A DNA stretch of 64,000 bases from the human T2T-CHM13v2.0 reference genome, Homo sapiens, in NCBI RefSeq assembly GCF_009914755.1, contig NC_060935.1; one strand, given 5' to 3'. The notes beneath the pieces were generated by a model. That model saw nothing but the letters and a program-made list of their open reading frames with translations. It was not told the DNA's origin and did no database searches. Shown here piece after piece: positions 1 to 13,748 of this stretch (positions are counted from its first letter, which is position 1; the number at the start of each line of letters is the position of its first letter). Position numbers and translations under genes: made by a program.

Positions 1-1111
1 CTTTTCCAGACTAAGGTGGCATGCTTTCCGTGGCTTTATAATTCTGGTGTCTGAAAGGCAGCAACGCTGCTCCCAAATTTCCACTATGCACTCCCCTAGT
101 AGAGGGTCTCTCCAGTGACCCTGTCCTTGTGGAAAGATTATTTCTGGGCACCCAGCCTTTCCAATACATCCTCTGAAATCTAGGTCGAAGTGGCCAAGCC
201 TCCACCGCTCTTGAATTCTGAGTGCCGCAGACTTAGCAAGATATGGAAACCAGCAATGCTTACCACTTTTGCTCTTCAGAACTGTGGCTTTAACAGTATT
301 TGAGGTCCTTTGAACCACCACTGGAGCTACAGTGGCTAGAATGCATTGAGTAACATCTCAAGGTGGTGTGGGGCAGCAATGCTTGACCCCATCCCCAAAA
401 AAACCATTCTGTCCTCCCAAGCTTCTGGATTCTAATGGGAGGTGTAACCTTGAAGATTTCTAAAATGACTTTGACACCTTTTTCCCATTGTCTTGAAAGC
501 ATCTAGCTTTCTTTGGTCATGCTAATCTCTCCAGCAAGTGTTTGCTCTGCAGTACTGTTGGATTTTTCGTCTAAAAAATGTTATTTCATTCTTTACCACA
601 TAGGCAGGCTGCAAATTTTTCAGATTTCTGCATTTTGCTTTTCCTTTAATTATAAACTGCACCTATAGGTTATTACTCTGTTGCCCTACCTGATATTAAA
701 TTGTTAAAAACAGCTCTACCACCTCTTGAAGGCTTTGCTGTAGAAATTTCTTCTATTAGATAACCTAGGTCATCACTCTTAAATTCAGCCTTCTGCCAAG
801 CCCTAGGGCATAGACAGAATGCTTCCATATTCTTTGCTTAGTTTAAATGGGTGACTTTTTCTCTAGTTCTCAGTAAGTTCCTCATTTTGTCCGATGACAC
901 ATCAACATGGCCTTGGCTGTCTATATTTCTAGAAGCACTTTGGTCATAACCACTTAACCAATCTCTGAAAAGTTCCATACTTTCCCTCATTTTTATGTCA
1001 TTTTCTGTGCCCTCCTCACTCTTCCAACTTCTGCCCATTACCAACTTCCAAAGCCACTTCTACATTTTCAGTTATCCTTATAGTAACAAGCAATACTCAG
1101 TACCAATTTTC
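1..1111 (-). mobile_element. ERVL-MaLR internal region (MST/THE1-int type), continues off the left edge
   Basis: Motifs such as ccaatacatcctctgaaatctagg (161-184) match the reverse complement of MaLR internal sequence; region abuts the LTR through the typical cagtaccaattttc junction. Confidence 0.8.
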
Positions 1112-1607
1112 TGTCTAATTTCTATGTGTTGCTATAAAGGAATACCCAAGGCTCAGTAATTTAGAAAGAAAAGAGGTTTATTTAGTTAATGATTCCACTG
1201 CCTGGAAGATTGGCCCTGTGGTTGGTGAAAGCCTCAGGCTACTTCACTCATGGCAGAAATAAAGGGGAGCTGACATGTGCAGAGGTCACATGGCAAGGGA
1301 GGAAGCAAGAGAGAGAAGGGGGTGGTGCCAGATTCTTTTAAAGAGTTATGGGAACTAATAGAATGAGAAAGCACTCACCACATGTCCAGGGAAGTGGGGT
1401 GGTGCCAGATTATTTTACTAGAAGGGGGTGCCACCAGTTTCTTTTACTAGAAGGGGGTGCACTCACCCCATGTCCAGGGAGGCTATTAATCTCTCACTGA
1501 GGGATCTTCCCCCATGACCAAACACTTCCCATTAGACTTTACCTGGAGCACTGGGGATCAAATTTCACCCTGAGATTTTTAAGGGGACAAGCATCCAAAT
1601 CATAGCA
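1112..1607 (-). mobile_element. MST-family MaLR LTR (MSTB/MSTC-like), 5' LTR of the element
   Basis: TG...CA termini; ctataaaggaatacccaaggc...agaaaagaggttta and ggggacaagcatccaaatcatagca match MST LTR ends in reverse orientation. Confidence 0.8.
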
Positions 1608-1856
1608 GTGGGCTTTTGCATTTCCCAGTATGCAAGGCTACATTTAAATGTCATAATTTCCCAAAGAGTCTCACATCAGCTTCTCCTTGGGACCTTAGAT
1701 TGTCTATTGTTAAGTCTCTACCAGTAATCTCTTGTCGCAGGCATCTGTGGCTTTGTAGTGTCCATGTAGCTTTCCTGAGCAGCAGATACTGTTTCTCCCT
1801 GTCTGAGATCTGAGTTAAGAAAAACAGTCTTAAAGAGGTCTTTGTCAGCCCCTACT

Positions 1857-3554
1857 GACCTCTTCAAGGAGAACTACTAAACACTGCCCAAGAAAATTAG
1901 AGAGGACACAAACACATGGAAAAACATTCCATGCTTATGGATAGGAAGAATCAATATCATGAAAATGGCCATACTACCCAAAGAAATTTATAGATTCAAT
2001 GCTATCTCCATCAAGCTACCAATGACTTTCTTCACAGAATTGGAAAAACTACTTTAAACTTCATATGGAACCAAAAAAGAGCCCGCATAGCCAAGATAAT
2101 CCTAAGCAGAAAGAACAAAGCTGGAGGCATCATACTACCTGACTTCAAACTATACTACAAGGCTAGAGTAACCAAAACAGCATGGTACTGGTACCAAAAC
2201 AGAAATATAGACCAATGGAACAGAACAGAGCCCTCAGAAATAACACCACACATCTACAACCATCTGATCTTTGACAGACCTGACACAAACAAACAATGGG
2301 GAAAAGATTCCCTATTTAATAAATGGCATTGGGAAAACTGGCTAGCCATATTTGGAAAACTGAAACCGGACCCCTTCCTTAAAACTTATACAAAAATCAA
2401 GTCAAGGTGGATTAAAGACTTAAATGTAAGACTTAAAACCATAAAAACCCTAGAAGATAACCTAGGGAATACCATTCAGGATGTAGGCATGGGCAAAGAC
2501 TTCATGTCTAAAATACCAAAAGCAACAGCAACAAAAGCCAAAATTGACAAATGGGGTCTAATTAAACTAAAGAGCTTCTGCACAGCAAAAGAAACCATCA
2601 TCAAAGTGAACAGGCAACCTACAGAATGAGAGAAAAGTTTTGCAATCTATCCATCTGACAAAGGGCTAATATCCAGAATCTACAAAGAACTTAAACAAAT
2701 TTACAAGAAAAAAACAACCCCATCAAAAAGTGGGCAAAAGATATGAACAGATGCTTCTCTAAAGAAGACATTTATGCAGCCAACAAACATATGAAAAAAT
2801 GCTCATCTTCACTGGTCGTTAGAGAAATGCAAATCAAAACCACAGTGAGGTACCATTTCACACCAGTTAGAATGGTGATCATTAAAAAGTCAGGACACAA
2901 CAGATGCTGGAGAGGTGTGGAGAAATAATGCTTTTACACTGTTGGTGGGAGTGTAAATTAGCTCAACCATTGTGGAAGACAGTGTGGTGATTCCTCAAGG
3001 ATCTAGAACTAGAAATATCATTTGACCCAGCACTCCCATTACTGGGCATATACCCAAAGGATTATAAATCGTTCTACTACAAAGACACATGAACACCTAT
3101 GTTTATTGCAGCACTGTTTACAATAGAAAAGACTTGGAACCAGCCCTAATGTCCATCTATGACAGACTGGATAAAGAAAATGTGGCACATATATACCATG
3201 GAATACTATGCAGTCATAAAAAAGGATGAGTTCATGTCCATTACAGGGATATGAATGAAGCTGGAAGCTGTCATTCTCAGCAAACTATCACAAGGACACA
3301 AAACCAAACACCACATGTTCTCACTCATAAGTGGGAGTTGAACAGTGAAAACACATGGACACAGGGAGGGGAACATCACACACCAGGGCCTGTCGGGAGG
3401 TGGGGGGCTAGGGGAGGGATAGCATTAGAAGAAATGCCTAACGTAGATGACGCATTGATGGGTGCAGCAAACCACCATGGCACGTGTATACCTATGTAAC
3501 AAAACCGCATGTTCTGCACATGTACCCCAGAACTTAAGAGTATTAAAAAAAAAA
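1857..3554 (+). mobile_element. 5'-truncated L1PA (L1PA6/7-type 3'UTR): ORF2 C-terminal part, 3'UTR and A tail
   Basis: ORF 2743-2928 ([29 protein letters not shown]) is L1 ORF2 C-terminus; 3'UTR ggggctaggggagggatagcatt...cagaacttaa; A tract 3545-3554. Confidence 0.95.
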
Positions 3555-4902
3555 TTAGAAGTCAATAATTCTCTTACCAACAAAGAGGACTTGCATTCAA
3601 CGGGATTTTTAAAAGTGGTATTGTGTAAAAATTTTGGAAAATACCACCATAATGGAAAAAATAATAAAGTAGCATATAAATCAAATATGATGCTAAAAAT
3701 TATAATTTTTACATATGAATTTTGGAATCTTAAAATAAATATTTTTATTTGTTTTGGAAAAAAAAAGAAAAGCTGTCTTTCCATCAGCCTGAGACAAGTT
3801 AAAACACTGCAAAGAAAGTCTGTTCTGCCCTTCTTTTATGTCAGAGAATAAATTAAGAAATGGGCTGTTGCCTCCTCCAGACCAAAACCGCATCATGCCA
3901 TGGATAAGATAAGGCAACAATGAAGAAAACCACTGTAACATTTTCTGCATGTTAAATGTTGCTTTTTTTCTGATGTGGTGTTCACTTGATTGCTGTAGTC
4001 CTTTGAATGTTTTCCAGAATTGGTATGTGGTTATTTTAGTTGATTTTTGTTTGTGTTTTAAAATCTTCATGGGAAGCAAATGTTTGAAGCTTTCTAGTCA
4101 GCCATTTTGCTAATGAGGCTACATCATTCAATTTAAAGTGTCATTCTATCATTCCAGTTTGAGAAAACATTAGGATAGCAACACTTAATGTTTTCATCAG
4201 TATTTGTATTATCTGGCTTCCCAGTACACATTCTTTCATGAATATTCTGAATTTCTACCTAGATTTTGTACACTAGTTTCCAACAGAACACTTTTATTTT
4301 ATATTCTTGTTTGCATTCTGCAAAATACAATGTGTATTTATATTGAAACATTAAAGCAGGCTATACATTTCAGCTTTCAATAACCATTTTCTTTTCAATA
4401 ATCTAACAATGCACTACCTCACAGTGATAGTTCAGTCACTTTACAGTGTGGGCGCATATTTATTTTCTCATAAAATAAAATATATTAGTAATTAATGAAC
4501 ACTTTTCAAAAACATTTGTTTTAAAATACCATATCTTGCACACATTTTTATATGTAACAAGTAGAATTGAATTACCTACTTAGCCATTTCAAACATCATT
4601 TTGTTTGATGTATCCTTACAAGAAAACTTTCTAAAGCTTTTGTTAATCCGTTTGCTCCTAAAAATATATTGGCATTTGCAAAATATCAGAATTTATTGCA
4701 TACCAGTTTTTAATGTGTCCCTAAATACTTAAAACAAGATATTCATGTCTTCCAATTATGCAAAATTCTCTAGAATCATTAGTGCCTATTGACATGTAAA
4801 ACCTTCCAGAAAATCTAAGTAAATTTGAAAAAACAAAATGATGTATTTTTATTTATTTTTCTTTCTAAACAGTATTTTATTCATAGATGGGTAAAAGAAG
4901 TA

Positions 4903-4905
<3 letters not shown>

Positions 4906-4952
<47 letters not shown>

Positions 4953-5222
4953 CCTGAGGGCTGGAGTGCAATGGCATGGTCTTGGCTCACTGAAACCTCT
5001 GCCTCCCAGGCGATTCTCCTGCCTCAGCCTCCCAAGTAGCTGGGATTACAGGCACTAGCCACCATGCCTGGCTAATTTTTGTTTTTGGCTTTTTTTTTTT
5101 TCAGTAGAGATAGGGTTTCACCATTTCGGCCAGGCTGGTCTTAAACTCCTGGCCTCAGGTGATCTGCCCGCCTCGGCCTCCCGAAGTGCTGGGATTACAG
5201 GCGTGAGCCACTGCGCCTGGGC
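4906..5222 (-). mobile_element. AluS element with long poly(T) and two small internal deletions
   Basis: Alu body in reverse; TSD aagaagtatac (to 4905) / aagaagcatac (5223-5233). Confidence 0.95.
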
Positions 5223-7014
5223 AAGAAGCATACAATATTTTAATTCTAAAGACACTCATATATTCCAAGGGACTTGAACATCATAATTGTAAATCTCAGT
5301 CAAAATATATAGTACCAAACTACCCCTCCTTGGAAAGTAACTGCTTAAGGTGAAAAGCATTTTTAGGTTGTCTTTCCTATACAGAAGCCTGTGTGAGTAA
5401 TTTAGTAGGATTGTGAGGTCCAAAAATGTAGAGTGGGAGCACTTGGCTATGTGGCTGACAAGGAGGGTGTTTTATCTTTGGTGAGTTTACCCTTCTTATG
5501 TATTTATCACCTTCTCCAACTTTTTAGTTACAGGAAAAATTGGAGATGATATTTAGATATCTATCTTAATGATACCTTTCCTTTGTGTGCAGTTTGATAT
5601 AAGATTTATGTTAGTGACTCTTGTGAATAATTTCTATAGTTCATTTTGTCTTCTTTCATATAAGTAAACTTTGAGATTTTGCCTTTCAAATAGCACACGA
5701 TATCCATAGAGGTATCACATTGTTAATAAATTAACAGAAAGGGCATTTCTATCTAACCTAACCTACTTAGCAATGCTATCAATTAGGAAAACACATTGAT
5801 TGGGACAATCAATGAGATTCCTATTTGCTGATACAAATTCATCATGTCTTCAAGCTCCAATAAAGATGTCCTCCCAAGTGTCTTCTTTCTCGCAATGAAA
5901 AATAATATTTATTTATTTATTGAAAAATAGGAAGAAAGCTGTTTTAATAAAATAGTCTCAAGAGAACTGAGTAAATATATATTGTGTTTATTTGATATTC
6001 AATCAAGCTCAGGTAATATTTCCACTCCCCGATCTCTTATTTAATTTCCCTCTGACCCTCACTTGCACTATACTGTATATTTCATTTCAAACTCAGTTAA
6101 ATAAATAAGTCAAATTTTCTAAGCCCATGAATTTCATAGCTATTCTTTGCTGCCAGTAAATCTTACCTTTTATTTTCACTTGTCAGATCAGGGCCATAAT
6201 CAGGAACTGGGAAACAGGGCTCTGCCCCTTTTCAGGATCATCAGTAATTTTTCACTCACACTTAGATATGAATTATTAAGATAGCTCTTGGTTAAAAAAA
6301 GGAAAACTATTTCAAGTGTAATGCTGCAAAAGGTTGAAACAATTGAATTTCCCATTTAGCAAATACAGGATTGTTTCCTACCTCTCAAGTGAACTTCAAT
6401 GACAATGAAAATAAGAAAACTACTTGCTGCAAAATAGGAAGTTGTCATCGTAATTTAGAACCAAAATAGAAGAAAAGTGCCCTAAACACTTGACACCATA
6501 TACAGAAGAAGGCCAAGTCAGACTAATGATTTAGTGTGCTGAGAGGCATCATGAGTATTCATGGCTGCTAGATCTGTAAAGTTTCTACAGACTCACGGAG
6601 TCAGAGAGTGGAAGAAATCTTTGATAAATCATGTAATCCACTGTACACTGTTGTGTTTCACATTCCAAGTAGACATATGTATGTCGTGTTTTAAATATGT
6701 GATTCTAAAAGAACTCTTTCAGAATTAGCTTCTATTCATTTTTAAGCCTTTCGTCTGAATATTCTAAACTCATAATTTAATATGTGCCTGTAGACAGTTT
6801 CCAAGTATTTCTTTTAACCGTCATTCTTTTCTGTCCATTCAGTTTATCAAATATTGAATATTAATTCCGTTTTATCATGCACTGAAGCAAGCTCCCCACC
6901 AGGAATAAAAATATCAAATTTTGTATTATTTCTCCAAGTAAAATTAATATGTGAGTATAATACACTGTTACTTTAAATATTAATTATGTAAAAGAGGACA
7001 ATGTTTTCTCTAAA

Positions 7015-7067
7015 TTATATATATATTTATACATATATAAATATATGTGTGTGTGTATATATGTATA

Positions 7068-7128
<61 letters not shown>
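7015..7128. repeat. Compound (TA)n/(TG)n microsatellite
   Basis: Dinucleotide runs visible directly. Confidence 0.95.
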
Positions 7129-7129
<1 letters not shown>

Positions 7130-7174
7130 AAAACAGATGTGTTGGGTTGATCACTAAGTAAAAAGTGTTGAGCC

Positions 7175-7481
7175 AGCTGGGCGCGGTGGCTCACGCCTAT
7201 AATTCCAGCACTTTGGGAGGTCGAGGCAGGCGGATCAAAAGGTCAGGAGATTGAGACCATCCTGGATAACACGGTGAAACCCCGTCTCTACTAAAAATAC
7301 ACGAAAATTAGCCAGGCATGGTCGTGGGCGCCTCTTGTCCCAGCTACTCGGGAGGCTGAGGCAGGAGAATGGCATGAACCCCGGAAGCGGAGCTTTCAGT
7401 GAGCCCAGATCACGCCACTGCACTCCAGCCTGGCAACAGAGAGAGAATCCATCTCAAAAAAAAAAAAAAAAAAAAAAAAAA
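7175..7481 (+). mobile_element. AluY-like element
   Basis: gagaccatcctggataacacggtg and gaatggcatgaacc resemble AluY diagnostics; poly(A) 7456-7481; imperfect TSD aagtgttgagcc / aagtattgggcc. Confidence 0.93.
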
Positions 7482-7859
7482 GGGAAGTATTGGGCCTTTT
7501 ACACTACAAGTTAACATAGACTTCTTTCTCTTCGCTCTTGATTCTTAAATATCAGAGTGTTCAATGTTCAACTTGATAACAAACATTTGAAGAGATTCTA
7601 GTTGTTCACTTATGAAATACAGCACATCGGAGAGAAATTAAATTATATATATATATAAAATACCTAATGTATACATATACATGCATAGACATATTTTCAA
7701 CACTCTCTATACTGGCAAATTAATAAATGCTTCTTCTTAATTTGTATTTGACATTCTTTGGGCTTAATTGTGATATATGTTACTTAGTTAAAAGGATTAT
7801 GTTAATACCATCTGCAAATTATTGAATATGTATAGGTATTCTTCAAAATGCCATATGTG

Positions 7860-8045
7860 ATTTAACTTATTTACCCTCCACAGCAAATATATGAGGTAGG
7901 TACTATAATTCTCACCATGGAAAAAATAAAGATGAAAGGGAAGTTAAGGACCCAGGGTGACAGAACAGGGAGTGGCAGGGCAGCATTTAAAGTCAAGCAG
8001 CATGGCTTCCAAGAACACCATCTTTTCTACTGAGATACACTGCCT
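7860..8045 (-). mobile_element. MIR SINE remnant
   Basis: atgaggtaggtactat...gttaag...agtggcagggcagcattt resembles the MIR core in reverse; highly diverged. Confidence 0.55.
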
Positions 8046-8190
8046 TACTAAAAAAATATGGAAAATATCTCCAAAGAGATTATATATGTGTGTGTGTATA
8101 TATATATATAATGTACGGTTGTTTTTAATATATAGTTGTTTTATATATTTATATATATTTTAAAAATTTTTAATGTGTGTACATATATCA

Positions 8191-8192
<2 letters not shown>

Positions 8193-8231
<39 letters not shown>

Positions 8232-8240
8232 TATATATAT
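8193..8240. repeat. (TG)n/(TA)n microsatellite
   Basis: Visible directly. Confidence 0.9.
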
Positions 8241-8244
8241 TCTA

Positions 8245-8348
8245 AGAGGCCTCAGAATAAACCAAACTACTGACACCTTGATCTTAGACTTCTAGCCTCT
8301 GGAAATGTGAGAAAATATATATTTTGTTGTTTAAGCCACTCAGTCTAT
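8245..8348 (+). mobile_element. Partial copy (104 bp) of the 3' part of the adjacent MLT1B LTR
   Basis: Colinear with 8678-8781 and the same length. Confidence 0.85.
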
Positions 8349-8423
8349 GCCATATTTTTATATATTTGTCTATAGTATATTTGTATGGTGTGCACACACA
8401 CACATTCAAGATCCTTATATATA

Positions 8424-8820
8424 TGTTATGGGCTGAATTGTGTCTGTGCAAATTTATATGTTGAAGACTTAGCCTTTAGTATTACAGAAGGTGACTGCAT
8501 TTGGAAATAGAAACTTTACAAGGTATTTTGATAAAATGAGATCGTATTGGTGGGCCTTAATTCCATATGTCTGGTATCCTTACAAGAAGAGAAAATTAGA
8601 GGTATCAGAGGTACATGTGCATAGAGAAAATACCTTCTGGGGACACGGCGAGAAGGTGGCCAGCTGTAAGATAGGAGAGAGGCCTCGGAATAAACCAAAC
8701 CTTCTGACACCTTGATCTTGGACTTCTAGCCTCTAGAAATGTGGGAAAATATATTTTTCTTGTTTAAGCCACCCAGTCTATTGTATATTTGTTATGGTAG
8801 TCCTAGGAATTTGTGAAACA
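8424..8820 (+). mobile_element. MLT1B-like solo LTR (ERVL-MaLR)
   Basis: Begins tgttatgggctgaattgtgtc, contains gacaccttgatcttggacttc and tgtttaagccacccagtc, ends ..aca; ~397 bp. Confidence 0.85.
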
Positions 8821-9093
8821 TATGTCTGCTAACTTTTTCTCTATGGAAAAATACACACATACACAAGCACAGTGATTTCTGCTATCCTACAGAAACCAGG
8901 ACTTCACATTGCACGAATTAATCATATTACCAATAACTTGCTACTGAAAAATAAAATTCTGTTATTTGTTTGGCTGCTATATAAGTTATCCCCAACCTGA
9001 AACAAGGACTCTGAGATTTAGTATTAAGTGATCTATTGCTACTCAGTAATAATGAATAAATAATTAAATAATGTGCAAGCCTAATGTCAATGA

Positions 9094-9418
<325 letters not shown>

Positions 9419-11078
9419 AACTCACAATCTTAGACCTCAACATCCTTTTCTTACAGGATAAATAGACTTTTTATTTGGATTTATCAACTAATAATAAGTC
9501 TAAAACCACAAAAAGGACAACTATCAAGTTTGGGCAAATAGGGAGAAAACGATCCACCATAGGTACTCCTTATACGTGTTTATTAAGATTATAAATGGTA
9601 TTTGAATGTAAAGCTGGGCAAAACAATGAATCTTGACAACATTTGTCCAAGTTTAAAACATCTAATATTTAATGAATGCTCAATACATACCAGCAAATGC
9701 ACTGATATTTATACACATTTTCTCATTTATTCTTCACCGAAGTCAAATGGAATTGGTATTGTTGTTATTTTCATTTTTCTGTTTTCTCTATTTCTCAAAG
9801 GTCTTTGTATACTAAATCTATATTCTCCTCATGGTTATTTGATGCTTTGAAGGTTCTGGAAGTTATATAAAAGAAATTTGCCAGAAAACAAATTCAGTCC
9901 TTAGAAATAGGCAAAAAAGATTACTTTGGGTTCTTTCACTGAAGGACAGGACTTGATTTCCTATTTTCTGCGTTATTTTACAATTCGGTAGACAGAGTTT
10001 AATTTCTATACTTTTGTTTAACAGAGATGCAACAAAGTTCTATTCAATGGAACAGATAACCCCAAAAAGCATATTTATGATACTATGAACATTAACCAGT
10101 TTCATCTCAAATTCAGCATTTATTAGTAACCCACACTAATTATTTTCTTTAAGTTGAACTGAATCTTTGATACATATTCATTTTTATTTCCATGTGAATC
10201 GTGGTTTTGCCTTTTGGAGAATTCTATTTTTAGCAGTAGTAATTTTAGGTAATTAATTTGAGAAAATGTCGTATGTGATGATCATAATCGACCTGTAGCC
10301 ATTATTTTGAGTTTTACCTGGAGATATACTGCTTAATTTTATAATACATTCAAACTAATTCCATAATTGAGGAAATTAAAAAATAGAATGTCAAGCTCTA
10401 TTAACCTAGGAATATTTGGACAGAAGAGACACACAGAAGATGATTGTTCAAAATCAATTCTTACTTTGAAGAGGGATTCTTTTAAATTATAAGCTATCTA
10501 GTGCAACTGAATCCTCAAATTTAAAAAATAATTCACGTATAACTTTTCAGAAATATTATTCCTCATTAAAAGGAGAAGATAGAAAATTAGAGATGAAGTC
10601 AAGTATCAAATAGACATTTCTATTTCTTTGGAAATATAATAAGATTTTCTTATCTTAAACTGTCCAGCCTTAACAATTTAAGCACCCTACCTACTTTGAG
10701 TCACTATTTAAGGCCAGAGATTAGCTTCTAAGGAGAATTGTAGCAATTTTCTATATGTCTGCAGTGGACATTAAAACATAATAAGAGCAGCCAACCTCAT
10801 CAGTTGTAGCCATGGAACATAAATTCTTCCCCTAGAGCTAAGGATAAATTGGATCTTGGAATGAAGGCTGCATTACCCTCCTCACCAAACACCTCCACCC
10901 CTCACTTTTTGAAACTTCCTGTTTAAAGGAAAGAACTACTCCCTTTTCACAATGGGAAGGTTTGCCAGGGGAGGACAAGCAGAGGTGAAATATTAGTACT
11001 CTTCTGCTTAAGAAATAATCAGATGTCAAATATCATATTCTTAATTTCAGCAGTATCATCAGATAAAAACAGAGAGTA

Positions 11079-11458
<380 letters not shown>

Positions 11459-13559
11459 TTAAGCTTCTGGCATATGAGACCTTATGTGGCTAGTAAATGG
11501 GCTTTTCTATACCTCTAATAAACCACTGGTATCTAAGATTAAAATAAAAAGTTGCCATTGATTAAACAAACATTTAAAACTTAAGAAAATAAAGTTTGCT
11601 AAAAAGAGGTGCAGCTTGCACAGTGGGATGATTGCTGAGTGACCTAGTTATGAACCCGTATCTCGTGACTATTTGTACTTCATACAACTTCTACTTCATA
11701 TTGGCTATAAGAAGTTGTTCTTATCACGATAGGAGTGAACTTACATAGCACTCTTCTGCTCAAGAGCCTGTGCTTAAATAATGCTTAACATTAGCAAACG
11801 AGACCCAATTTCCTGACTCATTAAAACCTGAAATAAATGACTAATGAATATTTTATCAAAAATGTTGGAAGTGAAACTAATCATTTCTTGTTACAAAGAC
11901 AAAATACTATTAATATGAACTAATATGAGCAACTTGCTCTCATTCTAAAGCTATAGGAAACTATATGTTTTCTATTCTTTCAGAAATGTTGTAAATTATC
12001 AATTATATGTATGCTTAAATAAATGTGTATAATGGCTGAAATTTTTGGAATCTGAATTTGTCATTTTGCTCCTGGGAGATAGAACGGTCAAGAAAAAAAT
12101 GAAAAAAAAAAAAAAAGGAAACTAAGACAAGAATTACAAACGGTTTGCAAGTTGTAGGACTTAATCATCTCCCAAAAAGTTTCAGAAATAATGAGATGAA
12201 AGAACTATGTTTGCCCTGCATTTCATTTTTTAATTCATTAAACAGATGGTCTCACTTTGAAATAATTATAAATTAGAGTATATTTGCCCAATTAACAAAA
12301 CAGTTCAAACTACAATCATCAAAAGATTGGCACAAAATTTAGCTTCAGACATTCATTTACAAATTTCACTTCATTGCAGTTGGTTTATTTACCAAATTCC
12401 ATAAGGAATGAACAGCAGGACAGAGTGGGATATAGACTTAGAATCAAACAAATCTGGCTTTGAGTTCCAACTCCAAAATTACATGCCTTTGTGAATGTGA
12501 GATCTGGTAGTGATTTTAAAGATCATCAAGCTAAAACACTATATTTTACAGATGGAGAAACCAAGATGTAAAGATGTGAAATGCAATGCACAAAGTTCCA
12601 TAGTCACTAGAATATTATATGCTCCTCTTACAACAATAAAAAAAGTATAGTCTGGCACCTCCTGGGACAAACTATCTTTACTATGCTGAACTGAAGCTTA
12701 TGTTTACTCAACCCCACTGAGGAAAGATCAGTATAGTAGAAAAAAATTTTGATTTAACGATTTAAATTCATACATTTAAGTACCTTTACTCCTAGGTTTT
12801 TGTTTGTTTGTTTTTTGAAAAGCTTTGAAAATATATCACTAAAGTGGAAATATCCATATCAGTATTGAAAACCAAATATATAATGACCATCATTTTTCAG
12901 AAAATTTAAGACATGGGGCCTGAAATTGTTACCTGAAAACCACCACAAGAGAAGAAAAACCCCACCAGAGACTAAATAGAAGGGACATTCAAGGTAATTC
13001 CATGAAAACCCTCAGGCTGAAATCAGCAAGGGCCACAGAAAAAGGCCACAGGTTCCAGCCATGCTCTGATTATCAATTACATAAATCAGCATATTGATAT
13101 CCCTATTTCTCACCTTTCCTCTGTTTTTTTAGATGTCATATCTGTACATCTGTCTAAGGACTACTCCTTCATTTTTTATTTGTATGCTATTTTCTTTCAG
13201 ATCCAACCAAGATATTGCCATTCAGTTACTCACGCTCATTCCTGCATCATACATTATCTTTTTTAGAGGTGTTTTTAACTGCAGGAATGGAAAGAAATTC
13301 ATCGGATGCCAAAAATAACACGAAAGAAAAAATCCCTATGGGGTAACCTAGTGTTGAAGCCAGTTTTTTGTGTGTTTGTCTTTGGACTGTCTGCCAGTCT
13401 TTGTTGGCCCAGAGCCGTGGTTTTAACTAGCTAAGTGCTTGGCCATGCTACAAAGGCTATGCCTGAGATTTGGAAGGCAGCTAAGAGACCGAAAGCTGAG
13501 ATCCTGGAAATTCAATATACATGAATTTCTGTATTGTTAATGAAAAGAAACTTTAAAAC

Positions 13560-13711
13560 TGCCCTTACTTGCATATTATATTATCCTGTAGATACAGAAA
13601 AGCAAGAGGGGTATAAGATCAAGTTATAATTAACGAAAAAGTTTAGCAAATTTTAATGGAATTTCTGCATTTCTATATACCCTGGTAGCAAACAAGAAAT
13701 GCGTACACACA

Positions 13712-13748
<37 letters not shown>

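Noticed and set aside
5794-5814. Short hairpins (cattgattg-gga-caatcaatg; also agcagttg-cata-caactgct at ~42332)
   Set aside because: Stems of 8-9 bp are expected by chance in 64 kb and have no supporting context.
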